From an uncultured Prevotellaceae bacterium (GTDB taxonomy: Bacteria > Bacteroidota > Bacteroidia > Bacteroidales > Bacteroidaceae): DNA of 64,000 bases. Of the stretch, positions 53,270-62,688 are shown one piece after another. A program made the translations under genes and the position numbers. Numbering within the stretch: the first letter of the stretch is position 1; the number at the start of each line of letters is the position of its first letter. The DNA lies in NCBI GenBank assembly GCA_902771785.1, contig CACXYH010000004.1:5849-69848 (forward strand). The letters run 5' to 3'. A model generated the notes under the pieces. The model was not told the origin of the DNA. It did no database searches and saw only the letters and a list, made by a program, of their open reading frames with translations.

Positions 53270-54304
53270 ATGAAGAAAAAAGCAATCATGATGCTGGCCT
53301 TAGGGCTAATGACGCTCACCGCCAGCGCACAGGAGAAAAAGTCCATTGAACTGCCGGCATGGGTACAAAGCATGAAGCTGAGCGGATACGGCATGGTGCA
53401 GTATCAGGGATCAGACAAGAAAAATGCGGAGCAAAACTCCTTCAACCTTCGACTAGTGCGTCTGGCTCTGGAAGGCCGCGCACATAAGGACTTTTACTAC
53501 AAAGCTCAAATGCAAATCAATGGCACTACGAAGGACGACGCAACGGCCATCCGCCTGATTGACCTCTTCGGCGAATGGCAGAAGTATGAGTTCTTCCGCG
53601 TGAAAGCCGGTCAATTCAAGCGTCCGTTCACCTTTGAGAACCCCATGCACCCCATCACACAGGGCTTCATGAGCTACTCACAAAACGTGTCGAAGCTCTC
53701 AGGCTTCAGCGACCGCACAGGCGAACAGGCTTCTAACGGACGCGACATCGGCTTGCAGGTGCAGGGCGACTTCTTAAAGGTGAACGGCCGCAACTGGCTA
53801 CACTACCAAGTGGGCGTCTTCAACGGTGAGGGTATCAACACCAAGGACAAGGACAACCGCAAGGATATCATCGGCGGTCTGTGGGTGATGCCCATCGATG
53901 GGCTGCGCATAGGTGCCTTTGGATGGAAAGGCAGCCGCGCCGGTGTGGGCGAAAAGAATCGCTATGCCATCTCGGGAGAATATGCAAAGAACGACTGGAC
54001 GTTCCGCACAGAGTACATCCACAGCCAGGGATATGGCGCAAACGCTGCTGCCGGCGACAAGGCCGATGGTTACTATGCACTGGCCATTGCTCCTATCATA
54101 GAGAAGAAGCTGCACGTAAAGGCCCGCTACGACCTGTATCGCGACCAAAAGGACTGGGCTTCGAGCAAGACTTACTACGAGATTGGTGCCGACTACCTCT
54201 TCACAAAGAATTTGCAGCTTAACATTGAGTACGCCCGCGTGAACGAACGCACAGGACATAATAACTACAATCTTGTGGACGTAGAACTGGACTTCCGCTT
54301 CTAA
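53270..54304 (+). CDS. Outer-membrane porin (phosphate-selective porin O/P-like)
   Basis: ORF trimmed to MKKKAIMMLALGLMTLTASAQE (signal peptide). Beta-barrel-like alternating pattern with a C-terminal ...VELDFRF (terminal Phe). Confidence 0.7.
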   Translation: MKKKAIMMLALGLMTLTASAQEKKSIELPAWVQSMKLSGYGMVQYQGSDKKNAEQNSFNLRLVRLALEGRAHKDFYYKAQMQINGTTKDDATAIRLIDLFGEWQKYEFFRVKAGQFKRPFTFENPMHPITQGFMSYSQNVSKLSGFSDRTGEQASNGRDIGLQVQGDFLKVNGRNWLHYQVGVFNGEGINTKDKDNRKDIIGGLWVMPIDGLRIGAFGWKGSRAGVGEKNRYAISGEYAKNDWTFRTEYIHSQGYGANAAAGDKADGYYALAIAPIIEKKLHVKARYDLYRDQKDWASSKTYYEIGADYLFTKNLQLNIEYARVNERTGHNNYNLVDVELDFRF

Positions 54305-54313
54305 ACCCACGTC

Positions 54314-54379
54314 AAAGTTCCCCTTTGACAACAACAAAGTGCCCCTTCGACAAGGTCAAAGAGGCACTTTGCTGTTTTG
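54314..54379. repeat. 22-bp-phased repeat array D (3 units, 66 bp), AAAG-N5-CTTY family
   Basis: Units: AAAGTTCCCCTTTGACAACAAC, AAAGTGCCCCTTCGACAAGGTC, AAAGAGGCACTTTGCTGTTTTG. The array lies between the porin stop (54304) and the GH43 stop (54390). Confidence 0.85.
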
Positions 54380-54389
54380 TGCAGGTACA

Positions 54390-56018
54390 CTACTTCGTCA
54401 CTCTAATCCAGTCAGCCTCTACCCAACCGCGGTCGCTATTGGGGTTGGTATCGGCTGCCACGAAGCCAAACTTCGCGCCAATCCACTTTCCTTCCTTCAT
54501 CCGGAACACGTCGCCACAGTCCTGATACTTCTTTCCGTTCTGGCTCCATGAGAATTGCAGCTCCGAATTCTTCACCTTCATGCGCAGATAAATATCCTCG
54601 TGGATGCCGGGCTTGTATTCTGTTTTGTCGGTTGCCGTGGGCTTCAACGTAGCTATAATGTTCTCCGTCTGAGCCTTTCCCTTATCGGCTGCCTTGCAGG
54701 TCATCTGCACCAGCTGGAACTCCTGCCCCACCCGACGCACGACAAGTGCCGAATAATCAAGTCCCATCATGAGAAGACCGCCGAACTGACCGTCGGCTTT
54801 CGACGTAAAGCGCAGCTTCGTGGTCACCGTAAACTCGTCGGCTGGGGTCTTCTGAAGCAGCAGGTTGGGCACTTCCCAGAAGTTCTTCCAGCCCTCGGAG
54901 AGCTTGTAGGTATAGATGCGGAAGGTGCCGAAAGCCGTGGGAACGCCAAACTTCTCGTCGTAGTTGGCGTGCCACTGCCACTGCTTACCCATTACAGGAC
55001 TGTTGAATTCATCGCTCTCAACAGGATTAACGATCGTTGTTGACGATGACTGCGGCTTTTTGTAGGTGACTACAGGTTCGCCTTTCTTGCCCATGATTGG
55101 CCATCCGGTCGACCAGTCGACAGGCTGTAAGTGGACAACACGCCCGTAAGCCTCCTTGTCCTGGAAATGCAGGAACCAGTCCTCGCCATACTTCGTGTGT
55201 ACCCAGCCGCCCTGATGAGGGCCGTTGATGGCCGTCTTTCCCTGCTGAAGCACGATCTTGTGCTCATAGGGACCGTAAGGGCTCTTGCTACGCATGGCCA
55301 ACTGGAAGCCTGTAGGCACGCCGCCAGCCGGGCACATAATCCAGTACCAGCCATCGCGCTTGTAGAACTTGGGGCCTTCGCAGGTGCGATTCTCCGTGCC
55401 GTTGCCGTCGAAAACAATCACGGGCTGTCCAATGGCTTTTGTACCGTCGGCAGAAAGCTCGCGCACGGTGAGAACCGAAGCAAACTTAGAACGCGAGTTG
55501 GCCCATCCGTTCACCAAATAGCAGCGCCCGTCGTCGTCCCACAACGGTGTGGTATCAATGTAGCCCTTGCCTGCAATCACACACACGGGCTTCTCCCATT
55601 CACCTGCAGGGTCTTTCGTCTTCACCATGAATACGCCGTGGTCCGGGTCACCCCAGTAGATATAATACTCACCATTATGGAAGCGGATACTGGGTGCCCA
55701 AACACCATTGCCGTGGCTCGGCTTGTCGAACACCTCACGAGGTTCCAATTCCTTCAAGGCATAGTTGATGATTTCCCAATTCACCAAGTCTTTAGAATGC
55801 AAGATGGGCAGGCCCGGTATGCACTGAAACGACGAGGCCGTCAAATAATAGTCTTCGCCTGAAGCTCCCACGCAGACATCGGGGTCGCTATAGTCGGCAT
55901 TTATCACAGGGTTAGTGTAAGTTCCGTCGCCATTATCGGGCGACCACACCTCCGATTTGTACTGTGCCTGCATGGTCATGGGCAGCAGTACAAGGGCCAT
56001 CAAGATTTGTTTCTTCAT
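54390..56018 (-). CDS. Glycoside hydrolase family 43 (beta-xylosidase/alpha-L-arabinofuranosidase type) with C-terminal lectin-like domain
   Basis: 542 aa with a signal peptide, the GH43 N-terminal NPVINADYSDPDV, a five-bladed propeller region, then a concanavalin-like C-terminal domain. Confidence 0.8.
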   Translation of the reverse strand: MKKQILMALVLLPMTMQAQYKSEVWSPDNGDGTYTNPVINADYSDPDVCVGASGEDYYLTASSFQCIPGLPILHSKDLVNWEIINYALKELEPREVFDKPSHGNGVWAPSIRFHNGEYYIYWGDPDHGVFMVKTKDPAGEWEKPVCVIAGKGYIDTTPLWDDDGRCYLVNGWANSRSKFASVLTVRELSADGTKAIGQPVIVFDGNGTENRTCEGPKFYKRDGWYWIMCPAGGVPTGFQLAMRSKSPYGPYEHKIVLQQGKTAINGPHQGGWVHTKYGEDWFLHFQDKEAYGRVVHLQPVDWSTGWPIMGKKGEPVVTYKKPQSSSTTIVNPVESDEFNSPVMGKQWQWHANYDEKFGVPTAFGTFRIYTYKLSEGWKNFWEVPNLLLQKTPADEFTVTTKLRFTSKADGQFGGLLMMGLDYSALVVRRVGQEFQLVQMTCKAADKGKAQTENIIATLKPTATDKTEYKPGIHEDIYLRMKVKNSELQFSWSQNGKKYQDCGDVFRMKEGKWIGAKFGFVAADTNPNSDRGWVEADWIRVTK

Positions 56019-57046
56019 AATCGTCTAATGATTAGTTTGTAGTTATTATTTGAGTAGTCTATTCTCATCACGCGTTTCACCTCGTCGTCGCTGGGCGAGA
56101 GACCCAAGGCCACATGGCCCATCGTGCGTCGGAGGTTGATTTCCACACAGGGATGCAGCAAGAAGCCGTCGCGGTCGTCGCGTGCCACAATCATCATGTC
56201 TATGCCGAAAGGCCCGCAATAGCATCCTCGGAACCGCTCACCAAGCAAGCGGCATACCTGTTCTTGAACGGCATCGAGCAAAGTCGTTGGAAGATAGTCG
56301 CTTATCCATTCACGCTTGGCTTTCTCCGTAGCCAGGACATTGCCCGTATAAGCCCCATTGGCCGTATGAAACAGCGAGAGTCCCAAGAAGCCGACATTGC
56401 CATTGCCATCGCTGTAGAACTCCATACCAAAGTCCTTTACCTTATTATAATAGGGCTCCAGCATCACACTTCCTTGCGTGGCCAACAAGTTCTTGAGCCA
56501 ACCTTCTATATGGTTCATTTCGGTGACAAAACGCAGTCCTCGCCCACTCGACGACCAAGGAGCCTTGAGAACCACACGCCCATATCGGCCTATCAACTTA
56601 TCAACATCGTCGGCTGTAGTACATTCGAAAGCCTCACCCACCATGCCATCTACACGCAGCAACGGAAGCAGCCATGCCGACACACGCCGGTGCGACAGCA
56701 AGCGTACCTGTTCGATAGCGTCCTCGCTGGGCAGTAAGCGTTCGTCAACGCCATAGCGCACAAGGTTAGCACGCAGGGCTAAATCCCAGCCCCAGGGCTC
56801 GATGGCGTCGAACTTCAGCCGTACAAGCTCACGTTTCTCCACCAGTCTGCACCGACAGCGGTACCTCCAACTGCGCGGAATGCTCTCTATATCATCGACC
56901 AGCACCACATCGTCGGCTTCGGCCCATAGTGCAGGCAAGAAGCCAAGGTCGTGGCGCAGCTGCCGTCCGGCGTGCGGAGCTGTGAAGTTTTTCAGGTGAG
57001 CGGCCAGTGCAATATCATGTTCTGGGTTGAATACGTGAAGTATCAT
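56015..57046 (-). CDS. ATP-grasp-like conserved hypothetical protein
   Basis: 343 aa. VVLKAPWSSSGRGLRF and CVEINLRRTMG resemble the ATP-grasp phosphate-binding and Mg-binding blocks. The stop overlaps the GH43 start (ATGA). Confidence 0.5.
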   Translation of the reverse strand: MILHVFNPEHDIALAAHLKNFTAPHAGRQLRHDLGFLPALWAEADDVVLVDDIESIPRSWRYRCRCRLVEKRELVRLKFDAIEPWGWDLALRANLVRYGVDERLLPSEDAIEQVRLLSHRRVSAWLLPLLRVDGMVGEAFECTTADDVDKLIGRYGRVVLKAPWSSSGRGLRFVTEMNHIEGWLKNLLATQGSVMLEPYYNKVKDFGMEFYSDGNGNVGFLGLSLFHTANGAYTGNVLATEKAKREWISDYLPTTLLDAVQEQVCRLLGERFRGCYCGPFGIDMMIVARDDRDGFLLHPCVEINLRRTMGHVALGLSPSDDEVKRVMRIDYSNNNYKLIIRRL

Positions 57047-57064
57047 TCTTTTTCAATTTTGGTG

Positions 57065-57072
57065 CAAAGGTA
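57065..57072 (-). promoter_or_regulatory. -7 promoter element (TACCTTTG)
   Basis: Plus-strand CAAAGGTA, 19 nt upstream of the ATG at 57046. Confidence 0.5.
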
Positions 57073-57125
57073 ATGAAAAGCCATCAAAATATGAAAGAAA
57101 TTATCCTTTTTTCCAAATTAATTAG

Positions 57126-57133
57126 TAACTTTG
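57126..57133 (+). promoter_or_regulatory. -7 promoter element (TAACTTTG) for hppA
   Basis: Lies 54 nt upstream of the ATG at 57187. Confidence 0.5.
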
Positions 57134-57186
57134 CAGCAACATAACAAAGAAATTGACCATTTTATTCAATTAATAACTAACCGCTT

Positions 57187-59388
57187 ATGAACATTCCTGT
57201 AGCATTCTGGCTCGTGCCCATCGCATCGGTGGTAGCTCTGAGCATGGCGTGGTTCTTCTTTCGCCAGATGATGGCCGAAGATGAGGGAACGCCCCGTATG
57301 AGAGAGATTGCAGGCCACGTACGCCGTGGTGCCATGGCCTATCTCAAGCAACAGTACAAAGTAGTCACCATCGTTTTCGTGGTACTCGCTATTATTTTTG
57401 CCTTCATGGCTTATGTGCTCCACGTACAGAACCCATGGGTGCCCGTAGCATTCCTGACGGGTGGCTTCTTCTCGGGCCTGGCTGGCTTCTTTGGCATGAA
57501 GACAGCAACCTACGCCTCGGGCCGCACCGCCAACGGTGCCCGTCAGGGACTGAACCGTGGTCTGAAGATAGCCTTCCGCTCAGGTGCCGTCATGGGCTTG
57601 GTCGTCGTAGGTCTCGGACTGCTCGATATTGCCATGTGGTTCCTTATCCTGAGCTATGTATATCCTGGCACAGGCATCTCGCTCATCACCATTACCACCA
57701 CCATGCTCACGTTCGGCATGGGTGCCTCCACGCAGGCCCTGTTTGCCCGTGTTGGTGGCGGCATTTACACCAAGGCTGCCGACGTAGGTGCCGACCTTGT
57801 GGGCAAGGTGGAGCAGGACATTCCTGAGGACGACCCACGCAACCCCGCCACCATCGCCGACAACGTGGGCGACAATGTGGGCGACGTAGCCGGCATGGGT
57901 GCCGACCTTTACGAAAGCTATTGCGGTTCCATTCTTTCTACAGCGGCCTTAGGAGCTACTGCATTTGCCATGAATGGAGACATGCAGCTGAAGGCTGTCA
58001 TTGCACCTATGATTATCGCAGCCGTAGGTATCTTCCTCTCGCTCATCGGCATCTTTCTCGTTCGCACCAAGGAAGGAGCTGGTATGAAAGAGTTGCTCAA
58101 GTCGCTATCGTTGGGCACCAATGTTAGCGCCGTGCTCATTGCCATTGCTACATTCGTCATCCTTTACCTCTTCCAATTGGAGAACTGGCTTGGCGTTTCA
58201 TTCTCGGTTATTACCGGCCTCGTGGCAGGCGTTATTATCGGACAAGGCACCGAATACTACACTTCTCACTCCTACAAGCCCACCCAGGACATTGCCGCTG
58301 CTTCGCAAACGGGCGCTGCTACCGTTATTATCAAAGGAATCGGAACAGGAATGATTTCAACGATGATTCCCGTTGTCACAATCTCCATAGCCATCATGCT
58401 GAGCTACCTCTGCGCCAATGGCTTCGATCTTTCCATGTCGGCAGCCTCAATGTCGCACGGGTTATATGGCATCGGCATTGCCGCTGTGGGAATGCTCTCA
58501 ACGCTGGGCATCACATTGGCAACCGACGCCTACGGTCCTATTGCCGACAATGCCGGCGGCAATGCTGAAATGAGCGAGCTGGAGCCTGAAGTACGCCAAC
58601 GCACCGATGCTCTCGATGCCTTAGGCAATACTACAGCCGCCACTGGTAAGGGATTCGCTATCGGCTCAGCAGCACTTACGGCACTGGCTCTGCTTGCTTC
58701 GTATGTGGAGGAAATCAAGATTGCCATGGCACGTGCCGCAGAGCACGGACAGACATTCATCGACAATGCAGGCAATGTGTTTAACCCTGAAACAGCCGAC
58801 ATGGTGCAATTCATGGAGTATTTCCAAGTGAACCTAATGAACCCCAAAGTGCTCGTAGGTGCATTCATTGGTGGCATGGCTGCCTTCCTGTTCTGCGGTC
58901 TCACAATGGGTGCCGTAGGCAGAGCAGCCCAGTCAATGGTTGAGGAAGTACGCCGCCAGTTCCGCGAAATCAAGGGAATTCTGGAAGGCAAGGCTACTCC
59001 TGACTACGGCCGGTGCGTGGAGATATCTACCCGTTCAGCTCAGAAGGAAATGATATTCCCTTCGTTGCTCGCCATTGCCATCCCCATCGTCGTAGGTTGT
59101 CTGCTTGGCGTAGCAGGTGTTATGGGCTTGCTCGTGGGCGGACTGACTGCTGGCTTCACTCTCGCTGTGTTCATGGCGAACTCTGGTGGTGCTTGGGATA
59201 ATGCCAAGAAAATGGTAGAAGAAGGCAACTTCGGCGGCAAGGGCAGTGCCTGTCACAAAGCCACCGTCGTGGGCGATACCGTGGGCGACCCCTTCAAGGA
59301 TACCAGCGGCCCGTCACTCAACATCCTCATCAAGCTCATGTCGATGGTCAGCATCGTTATGGCAGGCCTGACCATCGCCTTCGCATAA
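57187..59388 (+). CDS. hppA: Membrane-integral cation-translocating pyrophosphatase (K+-dependent type)
   Basis: 733 aa with DNVGDNVGDVAGMGADL, GNTTAATGKGFAIGSAA and GDTVGDPFKDTSGPSLN. Confidence 0.95.
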   Translation: MNIPVAFWLVPIASVVALSMAWFFFRQMMAEDEGTPRMREIAGHVRRGAMAYLKQQYKVVTIVFVVLAIIFAFMAYVLHVQNPWVPVAFLTGGFFSGLAGFFGMKTATYASGRTANGARQGLNRGLKIAFRSGAVMGLVVVGLGLLDIAMWFLILSYVYPGTGISLITITTTMLTFGMGASTQALFARVGGGIYTKAADVGADLVGKVEQDIPEDDPRNPATIADNVGDNVGDVAGMGADLYESYCGSILSTAALGATAFAMNGDMQLKAVIAPMIIAAVGIFLSLIGIFLVRTKEGAGMKELLKSLSLGTNVSAVLIAIATFVILYLFQLENWLGVSFSVITGLVAGVIIGQGTEYYTSHSYKPTQDIAAASQTGAATVIIKGIGTGMISTMIPVVTISIAIMLSYLCANGFDLSMSAASMSHGLYGIGIAAVGMLSTLGITLATDAYGPIADNAGGNAEMSELEPEVRQRTDALDALGNTTAATGKGFAIGSAALTALALLASYVEEIKIAMARAAEHGQTFIDNAGNVFNPETADMVQFMEYFQVNLMNPKVLVGAFIGGMAAFLFCGLTMGAVGRAAQSMVEEVRRQFREIKGILEGKATPDYGRCVEISTRSAQKEMIFPSLLAIAIPIVVGCLLGVAGVMGLLVGGLTAGFTLAVFMANSGGAWDNAKKMVEEGNFGGKGSACHKATVVGDTVGDPFKDTSGPSLNILIKLMSMVSIVMAGLTIAFA

Positions 59389-59400
59389 ACACTTATAAGC

Positions 59401-59450
59401 AAAAGAAAGACTGGCAGCGCGAAAGTTACGCGACTGCCAGTCTTTCTTTT
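59401..59450. terminator. Bidirectional hairpin terminator between hppA and nqrF
   Basis: AAAAGAAAGACTGGCAG (59401-59417) / CTGCCAGTCTTTCTTTT (59434-59450), with an inner CGCG..CGCG stem. Confidence 0.8.
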
Positions 59451-59470
59451 ACTATCTCCAATGAGATTTA

Positions 59471-60736
59471 TTATCCACCGAAGTTATCATACATAATGCT
59501 TTCGGGGTCTACGCCAAGAGAGTCGAGCATCGAGACGACTGCCTTTGACATGGGGCCAGGACCGCACATGTAGTACTCGATATCCTCGGGAGCCTCATGG
59601 TCCTTTAGATATGTGTTGAGCATCACCTGATGCACGAAGCCTGGGGTGTACTTCACGCCTGCAGCATCGGCAGCAGGATCAGGACGGTCGAGAGCCAAAT
59701 GGAAGTGGAAATTAGGATATTCCTTCTCCAGACCCAGGAAGTCGTCGAGATAGAACACCTCATTCAGCGCACGTGCGCCATAGAAGTAGTGCATCTCTCG
59801 GTCGGTCGTGTGCAATGTCTTTGTCATGTGCATAATCTGAGCACGAAGCGGAGCCATACCAGCGCCACCGCCTACCCAAATCATCTCTTTCTTCGAGTCG
59901 AAGTGAGGATGGAAGTCGCCAAAGGGACCGCTCATAATCACTTTGTCGCCAGGTTTCAGCGAGAAAATATACGACGAAGCGATACCAGGATTCACATCCA
60001 TAAAGCCACTACGGTCTGGTTTGAACGGAGGTGTTGCAATACGCACTGTAAGCATAAACACATCGCCCTCTGCAGGATAGTTGGCCATCGAATAAGCACG
60101 GATGGTGGGCTCTGGGTTCTTGCACTTCAGGTCGAACATTTTGAATTTCTCCCATGACGGAACGTATTCTGGCGTTATCAGATCACGATCGTAGTCATTG
60201 TAGTCAATGCAATCGAAAGCAGGAATCTTAATCTGAGCGTAAGAGCCTGGCAGGAAGTCCATGTGCTCGCCCGGAGGCAGCTGAACCTTGAACTCTTTGA
60301 TGAATGTAGCCACATTCTTATTAGAAATAACGGTACACTCATACTCTTTCACACCAAGGATGCTCTCATCGACATGAATCTTCAGATCGCCCTTCACCTT
60401 GCATTGGCATCCCAGACGCCAATGTTCTTTGATTTGTTTGCGGGTAAAGTGAGGTTTCTCTGAATCGAGAATTTCTCCTCCACCCTCAAGTACCTGCACT
60501 TTACACTGTCCGCACGAAGCCTTACCACCACAGGCAGAAGGAAGGAATATGCCATTCTGGTTCAGTGTAGCCATCAAGTTATTGCCCTGGGGCACGTTGA
60601 TAGTGCGGTCGCCATTGATTTCAATATTCACATTGCCCGAAGGACTAAGATACTTCTTAGCCACAAGCAAGATAATCACCAAAAGGATGATAACAAGGAG
60701 GAAAACTCCAATACTATATGCTATAAACTGTGCCAT
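59471..60736 (-). CDS. nqrF: Na+-translocating NADH:quinone oxidoreductase subunit F
   Basis: 421 aa with an N-terminal TM helix, 2Fe-2S motif CGGKASCGQCKV, FAD motif RAYSMAN and NAD-binding GGGAGMAP. Confidence 0.95.
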   Translation of the reverse strand: MAQFIAYSIGVFLLVIILLVIILLVAKKYLSPSGNVNIEINGDRTINVPQGNNLMATLNQNGIFLPSACGGKASCGQCKVQVLEGGGEILDSEKPHFTRKQIKEHWRLGCQCKVKGDLKIHVDESILGVKEYECTVISNKNVATFIKEFKVQLPPGEHMDFLPGSYAQIKIPAFDCIDYNDYDRDLITPEYVPSWEKFKMFDLKCKNPEPTIRAYSMANYPAEGDVFMLTVRIATPPFKPDRSGFMDVNPGIASSYIFSLKPGDKVIMSGPFGDFHPHFDSKKEMIWVGGGAGMAPLRAQIMHMTKTLHTTDREMHYFYGARALNEVFYLDDFLGLEKEYPNFHFHLALDRPDPAADAAGVKYTPGFVHQVMLNTYLKDHEAPEDIEYYMCGPGPMSKAVVSMLDSLGVDPESIMYDNFGG

Positions 60737-60743
60737 ACCTTAT

Positions 60744-61370
60744 TTATATATTAAGTCCAGAGAAACACATCATGGCCATGGCCATCAAGCCCACAGTGAT
60801 GAACACGATACCAAGGCCCTGCAGCGGACGAGGAACGTCTGAATACTGCATTTTCTCACGAATAGCACCCATAGCCACAATAGCCAAAGTCCAGCCAAGG
60901 CCGGAACCGAAGCCATAGACAATTGCATCCCATACACTGGTGATGGCCTGCGTGTTGGCAGGGTCAAGAAGAATACGTTGCTGCATGAAGAGCGAAGCAC
61001 CCATGATGGCACAGTTCACGGCAATCAGCGGCAAGAAGATGCCCAAAGCTGCATAAAGCGAGGGTGAATACTTCTCGACCGTCATCTCAACGAGCTGTAC
61101 CATACCAGCTATGACAGCAATGAAAAGAATAAATGACAAGTAACTGAGGTCTACACCCTCAACCAAGCAACCGTCACCAAGAACCTTAGTCTGCAACAAA
61201 TAGTTCACAGGAACAGTGACGGTGAGGACGAAGGTCACAGCCAAACCTAATCCCAACGAAGTCTTTACTGTCTTCGACACGGCAAGGTAGGAACACATGC
61301 CGAGGAAGAAGGCAAAAATCATATTGTCGACGAATATCGACCGAAAGAATAAACTTAAAGCGTGTTCCAT
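60744..61370 (-). CDS. nqrE: Na+-NQR subunit E
   Basis: 208-aa polytopic RnfA/NqrE-like protein. Position between nqrD and nqrF. Confidence 0.9.
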   Translation of the reverse strand: MEHALSLFFRSIFVDNMIFAFFLGMCSYLAVSKTVKTSLGLGLAVTFVLTVTVPVNYLLQTKVLGDGCLVEGVDLSYLSFILFIAVIAGMVQLVEMTVEKYSPSLYAALGIFLPLIAVNCAIMGASLFMQQRILLDPANTQAITSVWDAIVYGFGSGLGWTLAIVAMGAIREKMQYSDVPRPLQGLGIVFITVGLMAMAMMCFSGLNI

Positions 61371-61373
61371 ATC

Positions 61374-61997
61374 TTACTTCTCCTTATAAAAATAGGCGCG
61401 ATGTACCCAAATCACACAACCCACAAGAATAAGGGCCATGGCAGGCATCGTCATCATGCCGTTATTGACGTAACCGAAATCATAGCAAGCATCAGGGATG
61501 ATCTGGAAGCCCAACAGCGAGCCGCGTCCGAAGAACTCACGGAAGGCACCAACAATAACAAGTATCATAGCGTAGCCCAATCCGTTGCCCACACCATCGA
61601 GGAAAGAAGGCCAAGGCTTGTTCATCATAGCAAATGCTTCCAACCGTCCCATGAGGATACAGTTGGTAATAATCAGACCTACATACACACTCAGCTGAAC
61701 GCTCACGTCATAGGCAAAAGCCTTCAGAATCTGAGATACAATGGTCACCAGCGCTGCCACAACCACTAACTGTACCACAATACGAATGCGGTTAGGAATA
61801 GTATTGCGAATGAGTGAGATGATTACGTTTGAGAATGCTGTAATCACCGTCACAGCCAGTCCCATCACGATGGCCGGCTTCAACTGCGACGTTACGGCAA
61901 GGGCAGAGCAGATACCCAAAACCTGAATAAGGATTGGGTTATCGAGGTTCAGCGGATTGCAGAACACTTCTTTATTTTGTTTACTAAATAATGCCAT
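61374..61997 (-). CDS. nqrD: Na+-NQR subunit D
   Basis: 207-aa polytopic RnfE/NqrD-like protein (LGICSALAVT). Confidence 0.9.
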   Translation of the reverse strand: MALFSKQNKEVFCNPLNLDNPILIQVLGICSALAVTSQLKPAIVMGLAVTVITAFSNVIISLIRNTIPNRIRIVVQLVVVAALVTIVSQILKAFAYDVSVQLSVYVGLIITNCILMGRLEAFAMMNKPWPSFLDGVGNGLGYAMILVIVGAFREFFGRGSLLGFQIIPDACYDFGYVNNGMMTMPAMALILVGCVIWVHRAYFYKEK

Positions 61998-62001
61998 AAT
62001 G

Positions 62002-62688
62002 CTATTCCTCCTCTACTTTTGTTTCGTTTTCGGTCGAGTTTTGCTCACACTGTTTCATCTGCTCACTGAAAAGTTCCATTGCATTCGAACAAGCATCCTG
62101 CAAGCAGTCTTTCAGCATGGCATCTACACCATTTGATGTAAGTGTAGCACCAGTAACGCAGTCTACCTGAGTCGTGGCATCATCCACCTTCTTCACTACA
62201 GAGAGAACAACGTCATAGTTATCATCATAAACGCGCTTTCCAATAAACTTTTCCTGCCAAGCCTGGGAGTCTTTAATCTCCGCGCCAAGTCCTGCAGTCT
62301 CACTTTCGTGATTGAAATATACGCCATAAACAGTGGGCTGCTGTCTGTTATGGAGAGCGATGTAACCGCTAATACCTCCCCAAAGACCCATACCTTTGAG
62401 TGCTACTACCATCACATTTTCACCATCAATATTACACATATAATATTTGCGCCCGTCCATGTCGGCCTCAGCCTTCACCACTTCGGCATACTTGGCTTCG
62501 GCCTCTGCGCCATCAAGATTGCGAATATTCAATGAGTAGAGTATCTGCTTCTTAACATCAAGAGCCACGTTTGCATCCTGCATCGGCTTCAGCGCCTGAT
62601 AGACAAAAGCCAGCAAGAAAGCAACGATGACTACGAGAACTGCACTATATATAATAATATAGGAGTTCGAATTAGTGTTTAGTTTCAT
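62002..62688 (-). CDS. nqrC: Na+-NQR subunit C
   Basis: 228 aa with an N-terminal TM anchor and the covalent-FMN site context VTGATLTSNG. Confidence 0.9.
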   Translation of the reverse strand: MKLNTNSNSYIIIYSAVLVVIVAFLLAFVYQALKPMQDANVALDVKKQILYSLNIRNLDGAEAEAKYAEVVKAEADMDGRKYYMCNIDGENVMVVALKGMGLWGGISGYIALHNRQQPTVYGVYFNHESETAGLGAEIKDSQAWQEKFIGKRVYDDNYDVVLSVVKKVDDATTQVDCVTGATLTSNGVDAMLKDCLQDACSNAMELFSEQMKQCEQNSTENETKVEEE

